This document shows, piece by piece, positions 8,391 to 16,607 of a stretch of DNA of 29,333 nucleotides. Positions within the stretch are counted from its first letter, which is position 1. Each line of letters opens with the position of its first letter. The notes under the pieces are model-generated. The model ran no database searches, was not told the DNA's origin, and worked only from the letters and a program-made list of their open reading frames with translations. Source of the DNA: an uncultured Dehalococcoidia bacterium (lineage in GTDB: Bacteria > Chloroflexota > Dehalococcoidia > Lucifugimonadales > UBA3495); NCBI GenBank assembly GCA_950072105.1, contig CATMOE010000047.1:1-29333 (forward strand), in the 5' to 3' direction. The translations under genes were made by a program, and so were the position numbers.

Positions 8391-8468
8391 GCCACAGAGA
8401 CACAGAGATCACAGAGTTTTTATATTAGTGTTTTCGTAAATTCTCCGTGCCCTCTGTGTCTCTCTGGC
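8391..8468. repeat. CACAGAG-type imperfect inverted repeat element (copy 2)
   Basis: GCCACAGAGACACAGAGATCACAGAG - AT-rich spacer - CTCCGTGCCCTCTGTGTCTCTCTGGC, starting 3 nt after the hpaB stop. Confidence 0.75.
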
Positions 8469-8493
8469 AAAACCGGCCCTGGCACAGGCTTAC

Positions 8494-8522
8494 TTGGCTT
8501 GTTTACGCAAATGGCGTATAAT
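8494..8522 (+). promoter_or_regulatory. Putative sigma70 promoter for VOC gene
   Basis: TTGGCT-N17-TATAAT. Confidence 0.5.
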
Positions 8523-8591
8523 TGGCTTCAATTTCTACCACTATGGGTATCTTGTCTAGACGACAACACAAGAAGATCGGGAGGATAGACT

Positions 8592-9041
8592 ATGCCAAGC
8601 GTTAAGCGAGTAGGCCACCTGGTAATCAACGTCAGAGACCAAGAAGTGTCCACCAAGTTTTACACCGAAGTTCTGGGTTTTGAAATCTCGTTGAATCGCG
8701 AAGGTTTCGGAACCTTCCTGACTTGCGGCAAGATCCACCACGACCTGGCCCTGTTCCAGGCCGCTCCGGACGCCGCTCCCGTCACCCCCGGCGGACTTGG
8801 CCTGAACCACATGGCTCTTCAGGTTGAAGACTTCGACACTCTGACCGAGTTTTACCACCGTCTGAACGACCACGGGATCGAGCTTCGCACCACCGACCAC
8901 AGCATGACCAAGAGCATCTACATCTCCGACCCCGACGGCAACGGCATCGAGCTGTTCTGCAACAGCCAGGAAGACGCCGCGGACGGTCTGGCCGAGATGA
9001 AGAGCCCCGGCCGGAAGAACAAGGAGCTAGTCTTCTCCTAA
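8592..9041 (+). CDS. VOC family protein (glyoxalase/extradiol dioxygenase-like)
   Basis: VGHLVINVRD..S.KFYTEVLGF, HHDLAL, GLNHMALQV, DH....SIYISDPDGNGIELF; GGAGGA SD. Confidence 0.9.
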   Translation: MPSVKRVGHLVINVRDQEVSTKFYTEVLGFEISLNREGFGTFLTCGKIHHDLALFQAAPDAAPVTPGGLGLNHMALQVEDFDTLTEFYHRLNDHGIELRTTDHSMTKSIYISDPDGNGIELFCNSQEDAADGLAEMKSPGRKNKELVFS

Positions 9042-9073
9042 GCCTCCTGTCGCAGTCAAAGCGTATTGGATTG

Positions 9074-9101
9074 AAGGGGCCGGCGTACGCCGGCCCCTTT
9101 T
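9074..9101 (+). terminator. Rho-independent terminator after VOC gene
   Basis: Perfect palindrome AAGGGGCCGGCGTACGCCGGCCCCTT running into TTTT. Confidence 0.75.
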
Positions 9102-9208
9102 CCATTGGTCTGTACCAACATTGGGCTAAGCTCTCGAGCACGTTCGCCAGAGGGATTTTCCTGTAGAATACGTCTGGAAAATCAACCCGACGAAAACCGG
9201 AGGACGCT

Positions 9209-10279
9209 ATGGCACGCCTAGAGTTTGCTCTATGGGACGGATTCGGGAAACACGAGATGGCGCTGTCTCCCACCGCCGCCGACATCTACGACCAACATTT
9301 GAAAGAGGCCGTGATGGCCGAAGAGTTGGGTTACGAATCCTATTACATCATTGAGCATCAGAACTCCCACGTAGGGCAGATAACCGCCCCCAGCGTTTAC
9401 CTTTGCGCCGTGGCCCAGCAAACCAGCAAGCTCCGCATCGGTGTCATGATCTACCAGTTGCCCTTCTACAATCCCATCCGGCTGGCGGAGGAGGTGGCTA
9501 CCCTGGATCATCTTTCCCATGGCCGGGTTGAGTTCGGCACCGGCATCGGCGTGGCCGAGCACGAATTCATGCGCTGGAACCTGCCCTTCTTCGAGCGCCA
9601 GAAGATGTCGTCGGAGGCTTTGGAGATAATCGTCAAGGCTTGGACTCAGGACGAAGTAACCTATGACGGCCAGTTCTGGCAGTTCGACGAGGCCCTGCCC
9701 GTGCCCAAGCCCTACCAGCAGCCCCATCCCCCCATCTGGGTAGGCGCCCACAGCCCGGCGTCCCTGGAGTACGCCGCCAAGAATAACTACCACGTTTCTC
9801 AGAACATCGACGTGGACACGGTGATCGCCGAGAAGTTCGACTATTTCCGCAAAGTGTGGACGGAGTGCAATCATCCCGGTCCGATGCCCCGCACCTTCCT
9901 GATGCGCGCGGTCCACGTGGCGGAGACCGACGAGATCGCCCGCCAGGAGGCGGAGCAACCCCTGCTGACTTCCCGGGCCCTGGGCAGAGAAGACATCGCC
10001 AACACGCGCATCGGTTTCAAGGGGAACTCGGAAAGCCCCACCAACACGGAACTGGGCCGGGTTTTCCAGGGAATGACCACGTCCTACGATTTCTGGATAG
10101 ACAACGGTCTGGCCTTAGTGGGCAGCCCGGAAACGGTGATCAAACAGCTCCGGAAGCAGTCCGAACTGTGCGGGTATGACATCTTTTGCGCCAACCACCG
10201 GATCGGGACATTGCCCTTGGAGCAGTCGCTAAAGTCGATGAAGCTGTTCGGTGAAGAGGTCATCCCGGCCTTCCGATGA
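9209..10279 (+). CDS. Luciferase-like monooxygenase (LLM class flavin-dependent oxidoreductase)
   Basis: AEELGYESYYIIEHQ, NPIRLAEEVATLDHLSHGRVEFGTGIG, PKPYQQPHPPIWV, LVGSPETV, SMKLFGEEVIPAF. Confidence 0.93.
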   Translation: MARLEFALWDGFGKHEMALSPTAADIYDQHLKEAVMAEELGYESYYIIEHQNSHVGQITAPSVYLCAVAQQTSKLRIGVMIYQLPFYNPIRLAEEVATLDHLSHGRVEFGTGIGVAEHEFMRWNLPFFERQKMSSEALEIIVKAWTQDEVTYDGQFWQFDEALPVPKPYQQPHPPIWVGAHSPASLEYAAKNNYHVSQNIDVDTVIAEKFDYFRKVWTECNHPGPMPRTFLMRAVHVAETDEIARQEAEQPLLTSRALGREDIANTRIGFKGNSESPTNTELGRVFQGMTTSYDFWIDNGLALVGSPETVIKQLRKQSELCGYDIFCANHRIGTLPLEQSLKSMKLFGEEVIPAFR

Positions 10280-11019
10280 TTCGGGCGTTGGTGATAGACC
10301 TGGACGGCACCCTTATCAACCGGAGTGAGACAATCTCCGGCCGGGTAAAGCAGGCGGTGGAACAAGTCGCCAAGAAAATACCGGTTTCCATTGCCACCGG
10401 ACGGGAGATGGCCCACGTGGTCGATTTTGCCCGTCAACTGGCTCTGACTTCTCCCCAGATCTGCGACGGCGGAGCGATGGTCCTGGACCCAGTCACCGCC
10501 ATCACAACCTGGTGCAACCCGCTGGAGCCGGCGGACGCCGAAAGGGTCGTCCGCCGATTACATGAGTTGGAAGTTCCCTTCATGGCCACCTACCCCGGCG
10601 GCTCGGCCACGGAGATCGGCGGCCTAATCGATTGGAACCTTATCCGGGTCTCCGCCTTGGACATCTCCGAAGAGATGGCAGGCGAAATCACTGCCCGTTT
10701 CCATGACAATGCTGACACGCAAGCGGTGAAGGTATATCTGCCCTACAACGACCTTTGGGCGGTGGACTTTACCCGAAGGGGCGTGGACAAAGCGGCCGCC
10801 GTCGCCATTCTATCGGACATGATTAAGGTGGACTTGGGGCAGATGACCGCCGCCGGCGACAGCTACAACGACCTTCCCCTACTGCAGGCTTGCGGCCTGG
10901 CCATCGCCATGGGAGACGCCCCCGAGGAACTGAAGGCCATCGCCGACTACATTGCCCCTTCCGCGGAGGAAGACGGTTTGGCCGTGGCTATAGAGGAGTT
11001 CATTCTTCCCCGGCTCTGA
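10276..11019 (+). CDS. Cof-type HAD-IIB family hydrolase
   Basis: DLDGTL motif I, ATGR motif II, GVDKAAA, GDSYNDLPLL, AMGDAP; ATGA overlap with the LLM stop. Confidence 0.92.
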   Translation: MIRALVIDLDGTLINRSETISGRVKQAVEQVAKKIPVSIATGREMAHVVDFARQLALTSPQICDGGAMVLDPVTAITTWCNPLEPADAERVVRRLHELEVPFMATYPGGSATEIGGLIDWNLIRVSALDISEEMAGEITARFHDNADTQAVKVYLPYNDLWAVDFTRRGVDKAAAVAILSDMIKVDLGQMTAAGDSYNDLPLLQACGLAIAMGDAPEELKAIADYIAPSAEEDGLAVAIEEFILPRL

Positions 11020-11055
11020 GCGCTGGGCGGTTTTCGGTAGCCCGCTACCAACCAC

Positions 11056-11083
11056 TGTGGTTCGACAAGCTCACCACGAACGG
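11056..11083. repeat. TTCGACAAGCTCA-type repeat (single arm)
   Basis: TGTGGTTCGACAAGCTCACCACGAACGG, 28/28 identical to 19301-19328; lies between convergent genes. Confidence 0.8.
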
Positions 11084-11249
11084 GAAGACGGGGTTACCGC
11101 GAACGGGAAAACGAGCTGACCCACGCTGTACCCAGCTCGTCTAAGTCCGCATCACCGGTGAATCGGGAACGCCATGGCCATGCTGCGACAGGTCTCTTGC
11201 GGGAGCGAATCCAGGAGCCCGAACCGTGTCAAGATTCCGGAATGGAAGT

Positions 11250-12956
11250 CTATTGCCCGATGATGTTCAGCAAGGCTTGGCGCTTTTCCACCTTGACCGC
11301 GTGCAAAGCCCGCTGGATGGCCTCGGGCACCTGCGAGGGGTCGTCCACGCGCTCGGCGTATCCCCCGGCCGCCTGGCATATAAGCTCATACTGGAAGGAC
11401 TGGGACAGAGTGCTTACGGCGAAGTCGTTGTTCCGTACCGCATACCCGTCGGCGTACGTCACCTTGGTGGCGCTCTGAACGGCATTCCAGATACCGTTGT
11501 TCCACACGATGTTTAGCACCGGCAGGTTCTGAGCTTGGGACACGATGTGAGCCGCCGTGCCCGACCCAAATATGTAGGAACCGTCACCCACGCAGCAGAT
11601 GACGGTTTTCTCCGGGGCCGCCAACTTTGATCCCAACGAAGCGCCCAATGCCCATCCGAGGCCGGATGAGGGTGGTGACCCGAAGAATGACCCTGGATGA
11701 TTGAACTCCAACTGGGAAACGTCCACGCCCAATTCGTTGAGCACGATCGAGTTTTCATCTAATACGTCGGACAAGCATCGAGAGAACCAGGCCTTGTTGA
11801 TTGGGGTGTCGTTCTTGCCATCTTCAGCCCGCTGCAGGGCTGCTTCACGCCTCAGTTGGCTGGAGCTAGACAACTTGTCTTTCCGCGCCTGGACCGCCGC
11901 AGAATCCACTCCGATGTCTTTCACCGCGTTGACTAAAGCACGCAGTGTAAGCCGAGGGCTCCCAGCCAGGTTGTGGTCGACATGGAAGCCACGCACTGGG
12001 TAGTTGGAGAACAGCGGGTCTTCACCAATACCGATGATTCGGGCATCGGAGGAGGGAGCCGACCCGGTTGTGGCCCAAGGAACGTCGGCCTCAAGAACGA
12101 CCACCACGTCGGCGTCCTTGAGGTTGGACCCCACGTCTCCTCCCGCGTAAAGGGGATGGCTCTTGGGGAAGTTGGCATACAATGCCCCTGCGTCAATCAC
12201 GCCTATTCCCAGAAGCTCGGCCAATTCCACAAAAGGCTGCACCGTGCGTGTGTCTTTACCGGCAGACCGGGTTACCACGATGGGATTCTTGGCCCCGACC
12301 AATAGCCGGGCCGCTTTAGCGATGGCTTCCGGGCTTGGAACTCTGTCCTCCGATTTATTCATCCGTGGCTGGGCTTCGTAGGAGAAATTTTCCAATTCCT
12401 CGGCCAGGACTTCTCTCGGAAGACTAAGGTACACCGGTCCGGCGGGTTCGGACTGGGCGATGGCCAGCGCCCGGTCCACCACTCCTTCCAGGTCTGCGCC
12501 GTGACGAAGCTCATAATCCCACTTTACCCACTCCCGGACCATCGACGCCTGGTCGAAGGATTCCTGGGCCCAGTGGATGTTCAGGTTGCGGGAACCCTTG
12601 GCGTCTCCTTCGGCGATGGGAGTGCGGCCGGCGGTGAAAAGCATGGGTATGTTGGACTTAAAGGCGTTGATCACGCCGGACATGGCATTGGCGGTGCCGG
12701 GGGTAGTGTGCACCATCACCACCTGCGGCCGGCCGGTGATCATGGTGTAACCGTGGGCCATGGCCACCGCCGTCACCTCATGGGGCACGGTGATCGGGCG
12801 GGGGAGCGGTTGCTCCTGAGTCATGCGTTTGGCGTAGGCTTCGATGATGGGAGCAAAGTCGGTCCCGCCGTTGCCAAAGAAGTACTCTATGTTCCGGGCC
12901 GCCAACAGTTCAAGATAGGCCTCGGCGACGCTTCCCACTTCAACGTTTCTGTTCAT
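11250..12956 (-). CDS. Thiamine-pyrophosphate-requiring enzyme (acetolactate synthase/benzoylformate decarboxylase-like)
   Basis: FFGNGGTDFAPIIE, PHEVTAVAMAHGY, GPVYLSLPRE, ThDP motif GDGSY...WNN. Confidence 0.93.
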   Translation of the reverse strand: MNRNVEVGSVAEAYLELLAARNIEYFFGNGGTDFAPIIEAYAKRMTQEQPLPRPITVPHEVTAVAMAHGYTMITGRPQVVMVHTTPGTANAMSGVINAFKSNIPMLFTAGRTPIAEGDAKGSRNLNIHWAQESFDQASMVREWVKWDYELRHGADLEGVVDRALAIAQSEPAGPVYLSLPREVLAEELENFSYEAQPRMNKSEDRVPSPEAIAKAARLLVGAKNPIVVTRSAGKDTRTVQPFVELAELLGIGVIDAGALYANFPKSHPLYAGGDVGSNLKDADVVVVLEADVPWATTGSAPSSDARIIGIGEDPLFSNYPVRGFHVDHNLAGSPRLTLRALVNAVKDIGVDSAAVQARKDKLSSSSQLRREAALQRAEDGKNDTPINKAWFSRCLSDVLDENSIVLNELGVDVSQLEFNHPGSFFGSPPSSGLGWALGASLGSKLAAPEKTVICCVGDGSYIFGSGTAAHIVSQAQNLPVLNIVWNNGIWNAVQSATKVTYADGYAVRNNDFAVSTLSQSFQYELICQAAGGYAERVDDPSQVPEAIQRALHAVKVEKRQALLNIIGQ

Positions 12957-13033
12957 GACGCTCTCTTAAGCCTTGGTATAGACGATACAAGTGTCCACAT
13001 TTTACTAAAAATCAGACAGTGAGGTTCAAGAAC

Positions 13034-13933
13034 TTACAACAGCTCAAGCAGGGCCGCCGCAACCGCGTCTGGACGCTGCACCGGAAGATCGTGCCCCGCT
13101 CCCTCAACATTCCGCCGGGCGACGAGATTGGAGAACTTCGCCTGGTCTCCCGACGGGTCGTCCGTGGGTCGTCCAAAGCCGCTGTCCACGCCTCGTAGGA
13201 CGATGGACGGCACCGAGATTGGCGGGCCTTCCGCCAGCTTGCGCTCGACTTCGATAAATCGATCCTCACCCGGAGCATTCCTATGCCGGTGCCGGTACGA
13301 ATGGAGGGTGATTTCCACGAAGTCGGGATTGTCAAAGGAGGGAGCCGAAGCGTTGAAGGCCTCGTCCGTATACTTCCACCCTGGCGACCACGTTTCCCAA
13401 AGGTGGCGGATTATATCTCGTCGATTCTCCTCCAACCCCACGCGTCCCTGCTCAGTATTGAAGTACCACTGATACCACCGTTTCGCTTCATCGGAAGCTC
13501 GAGCCGGATGCTCTCTCAACACCGTATTCTGCACCGAGTAGCCGCCGATGGCCACGAGAGCTTTGACCATATGAGGTTGCAAGACAGCCGTGACACAGGC
13601 GGCGCGATTGCCCCAATCAAAGCCCGCGACCGCAAATTCGCCGATCCCCAGGGCTTCCGCAAAGTCGACAAGGTCCTGACCAATCGCCGCCTGCTCGGCC
13701 ATGCGAGGGGAGTCTGAATCACGAAAGCTGGTAGGCCCGTATCCCCTAAGATATGGCACAAGAACCCGGTATCCAGCCTCAGTTAAGAGCGGCACGACCC
13801 CGTCCCAAGACCTCACATCGTAGGGAAATCCGTGCAGGAGTACGATCGGAAACCCAGACGCGTCTCCATGTTCTCCATACCCTATATTTAGCACCGGTGT
13901 CTGGACGAACTTCACGCTTGATAAATCATTCAA
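13034..13933 (-). CDS. Alpha/beta hydrolase, epoxide-hydrolase-like
   Basis: LLHGFPYD, PYLRGYG, nucleophile GFDWG, C-terminal GAGHDLP; TTG start with GGAG SD. Confidence 0.9.
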   Translation of the reverse strand: MNDLSSVKFVQTPVLNIGYGEHGDASGFPIVLLHGFPYDVRSWDGVVPLLTEAGYRVLVPYLRGYGPTSFRDSDSPRMAEQAAIGQDLVDFAEALGIGEFAVAGFDWGNRAACVTAVLQPHMVKALVAIGGYSVQNTVLREHPARASDEAKRWYQWYFNTEQGRVGLEENRRDIIRHLWETWSPGWKYTDEAFNASAPSFDNPDFVEITLHSYRHRHRNAPGEDRFIEVERKLAEGPPISVPSIVLRGVDSGFGRPTDDPSGDQAKFSNLVARRNVEGAGHDLPVQRPDAVAAALLELL

Positions 13934-14161
13934 GATAAATACTCCGGAGAGTGCTCGCTAAGGCCGGTTTTGTAGAGTATCTGAGACAAGGTCATGAGGA
14001 ACTGCCTGTAGAGTAAATGAAGGATTTTGACCTATGAACCGGCCAGTAGATGCATGAGGACATGAAATCTCAAGAGGGCCTCACGACCCGAGTCAGATCA
14101 CAGCTTCGGCACGTGCCTCCGTCCGCACACGATTTATGGAAACACCATGCCGCCGATGAAT

Positions 14162-14188
14162 CCCGTTCGCCTTGAGCTTGTCGGAGGG
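14162..14188. repeat. TTCGACAAGCTCA-type repeat (degenerate, reverse arm)
   Basis: CCCGTTCGCCTTGAGCTTGTCGGAGGG resembles CCGTTCGTCCTGAGCCTGTCGAAGG at 19348. Confidence 0.6.
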
Positions 14189-14224
14189 CCGGATGCTTCG
14201 CTCTTCGGGGTTAACGCAACGTCC

Positions 14225-15316
14225 TTAGCAGATATCCCGCAAGGCCGGAACTACTTCGTCCGCATAAAGCCGCACGGACTCCAAAATATGCTCTCGGGGC
14301 ACCAGTCCACCCACGTTCATCTCAGCGATAATACCGGATAGGTGCAGGTCCTGAGTCAGGTCCCTCAGGCGCTCCACCACGGTTTCGGGACTGCCGTAAG
14401 CCAGACGGTCCCGCCGCAGGTCCTCATAGGTAACCGCGGCAAGGCGCCTTCCCCGCTCGGCTCGCTCTTCCGATACCGTTGTCCCGGCGCCGGCGGCTGA
14501 CTTGGCGAAGGTCTCCGCCATACGGCGATAACTGCGCATGGTGCTTTCTTCCGCCAGGGCAAAGGCTTCCTCGTCGGTTTTGCCTACGTATACCGGGATA
14601 CGAAGAAGTACATCCCCTTCCCCGTCATGTCCCGCCTCTTGCCAGGCATCCCGGTAGACCTTCAAGTTCCACGCCAGGTCCGGACGGTCCATCCCTCTAA
14701 GGCCGACAAAGATATTGCGGCCCTGACCGGCCATGCGCGGGAAGGTATCTTTGGTGGTGGCCGCCACTCGGATGGGTGGGTGGGGTTTCTGATAGGGTTG
14801 GGGCAGAACGGCAACATTATCAAAGGCGTAGAACTTCCCTTGATGGGAAAAACGTTCGTTGGTCCAGGCGGCCAGGATGACCTCCAGACATTCCTCAAAG
14901 CGCTCGCGGCTTTCCTCGTAAGGGATGCCGTAGCCTTCATAGGATCTGGCGAACCCGCTACGCCCTACGCCAAAGTCGAAGCGCCCGCGGCTCACATGGT
15001 CAACCGTGGCTACCTCTTCGGCCATGCGCACCGGGTGGTTCAAGGGCAACACACTGACAGCGATACCGACACGCAGACGCTCGGTCCGGGCCGCGATGGC
15101 GCTGGCCATGATCAAGGGCGCGGAAATTATAGAGGGTATTCCCGCTCCGGCGGCATCCAGTGGATTTCTAGGCGCGGCGAAATGCCGTTCCGCCAACCAG
15201 ACTCCGTCAAGACCGCCGGACTCGGCGGCGTCCACTAGTCCGAAAGCCTCTTGAAAGGCGTCTTCCTGAGTCGTCCCGTACCGATAGTCGCATTCCATGA
15301 CTAGGCCGTAGTGCAT
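14225..15316 (-). CDS. Luciferase-like monooxygenase (LLM class flavin-dependent oxidoreductase)
   Basis: GLDGVWLAERHF, HPVRMAEEVATVDHVSRGRFDFGVGRS, PQPYQKPHPPIRVAA, GSPETVVERL. Confidence 0.93.
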   Translation of the reverse strand: MHYGLVMECDYRYGTTQEDAFQEAFGLVDAAESGGLDGVWLAERHFAAPRNPLDAAGAGIPSIISAPLIMASAIAARTERLRVGIAVSVLPLNHPVRMAEEVATVDHVSRGRFDFGVGRSGFARSYEGYGIPYEESRERFEECLEVILAAWTNERFSHQGKFYAFDNVAVLPQPYQKPHPPIRVAATTKDTFPRMAGQGRNIFVGLRGMDRPDLAWNLKVYRDAWQEAGHDGEGDVLLRIPVYVGKTDEEAFALAEESTMRSYRRMAETFAKSAAGAGTTVSEERAERGRRLAAVTYEDLRRDRLAYGSPETVVERLRDLTQDLHLSGIIAEMNVGGLVPREHILESVRLYADEVVPALRDIC

Positions 15317-15411
15317 ACCCTCTCCCTCCGCTTCCCCCAGGGGAGCGGACCATTCAGACTCTTTCGGCTATTTATTGCCCTTAGAATTAGGCGTTCACCA
15401 ACTGAAAGGGC

Positions 15412-16380
15412 TCAGTTCCAGATGGCGGCGACCCGATAGGCCAACTGGGTGTGGGAGTCGCGCACGTCGACGATCTCCGCCGGCCGGTCTCCCAGAATAC
15501 CCAGAGCGATTATCCAGTTCAAGATCTCATGGTCTCCCGAATCCTGTATCTCCTCGGGGGTAAGCTCCGCTAGCTTGCTGCCCTGGCCGGTGCGCACGAA
15601 CTCCAGACTTCGCTGGTCGGCTTCTATGTCGATCTCGCGGCACTGGAACTTGTGAGCCAGGAAGCTGTGGGACCAACTCGAAGAGGCCACCACCGCCACG
15701 CGTTCGCTGCGGGTGTCCAGGAACTTGCGGATGGTTTGCCCCACTTCGTAGCACCGCTTGGGAGTGGGCCGGGGCGGATAATCGGGCCCGGCCTCTTCCC
15801 CGTAGCAGTTCACGAAGAGAGGTAGCAGGGGGAACTTTCCCTCAGGGTCTAGGAACATCAATGGATTGATTATGGCGTGGGCCAGGCCCCAGTCCCATCC
15901 TTTCAGGGAACTGGAAGAAGCCATGTCCACTCCGTTTCGTATCAGGTGGTTCCGCATGTCCTGGGAGAACGCCTTGGGACATCGGAAAGTGTACTTGGTC
16001 TCGGGATCAGCGTCCCAAAGATTAGTTTGGGCCGCACGGCGGAAGGGATAACCGTCCGCCTCTTCGCCGGTGTAAAGGCAGAAGGGAGGAAGATTGTCCT
16101 GCAAGAAATTCTCCGCTTGGTCGTCGCCGATAATCATGACCACGTCGGGGTTCCACTCGTGGAGTTTGTCGTGCATGATCTGGAAGGACTCCATGATTTT
16201 CTCATGGTCGTGCCGGTCCTGACTCAGTCCGTTGTCCTGACCAAGCTCTTCCAGTAGCCGAGCCGGTTTTTCATAGTTGGAAACACGGGCGTAGATCCGC
16301 TCCCGGCCTTTATGCCACACCTCCGGAGGGGTCAGGATGATGGGCCCATGGGAACATCCGATGCCTAGTATCTCCGCCAT
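15412..16380 (-). CDS. LigB-like (class III) extradiol ring-cleavage dioxygenase
   Basis: GIGCSHGP, PDVVMIIGDDQAENF..DNLPPFCLYTG, AHA, SSSWSHSF, SGDHEILNW; start reassigned to ATG 16380 (GGAGGT SD). Confidence 0.85.
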   Translation of the reverse strand: MAEILGIGCSHGPIILTPPEVWHKGRERIYARVSNYEKPARLLEELGQDNGLSQDRHDHEKIMESFQIMHDKLHEWNPDVVMIIGDDQAENFLQDNLPPFCLYTGEEADGYPFRRAAQTNLWDADPETKYTFRCPKAFSQDMRNHLIRNGVDMASSSSLKGWDWGLAHAIINPLMFLDPEGKFPLLPLFVNCYGEEAGPDYPPRPTPKRCYEVGQTIRKFLDTRSERVAVVASSSWSHSFLAHKFQCREIDIEADQRSLEFVRTGQGSKLAELTPEEIQDSGDHEILNWIIALGILGDRPAEIVDVRDSHTQLAYRVAAIWN

Positions 16381-16491
16381 CTCGACCTCCCGCCGTTCTG
16401 TGCCGCCGCCAGATCCAGCGTTCGTAGGCTGTCTCCGGCGGCGCATCGTATTCGTCTCTAGGCCGGTGTTCGCCCAGCCTCATCGTGGTCG

Positions 16492-16520
16492 ATTGTAGTA
16501 TCACCCGTTGGGGCTGTCAA
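16492..16520 (-). promoter_or_regulatory. Near-consensus sigma70 promoter for the LigB-like gene
   Basis: Minus strand TTGACA-N17-TACAAT. Confidence 0.7.
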
Positions 16521-16529
16521 ACACGGCCA

Positions 16530-16558
16530 TTGACTACCCTAATGCGCCACTTTAAACT
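16530..16558 (+). promoter_or_regulatory. Putative sigma70 promoter for ggt
   Basis: TTGACT-N17-TAAACT, back-to-back with the divergent promoter. Confidence 0.6.
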
Positions 16559-16607
16559 GGCCCAAGCGGCCGCTTTCGGCCGTACAATGTGGGTACGAGA
16601 GGGGAAT

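Noticed and set aside
16381..16607. Longer starts for the LigB-like gene (16446) and ggt (16485)
   Set aside because: They extend into the leader/promoter region; SD-supported starts are 16380 and 16608
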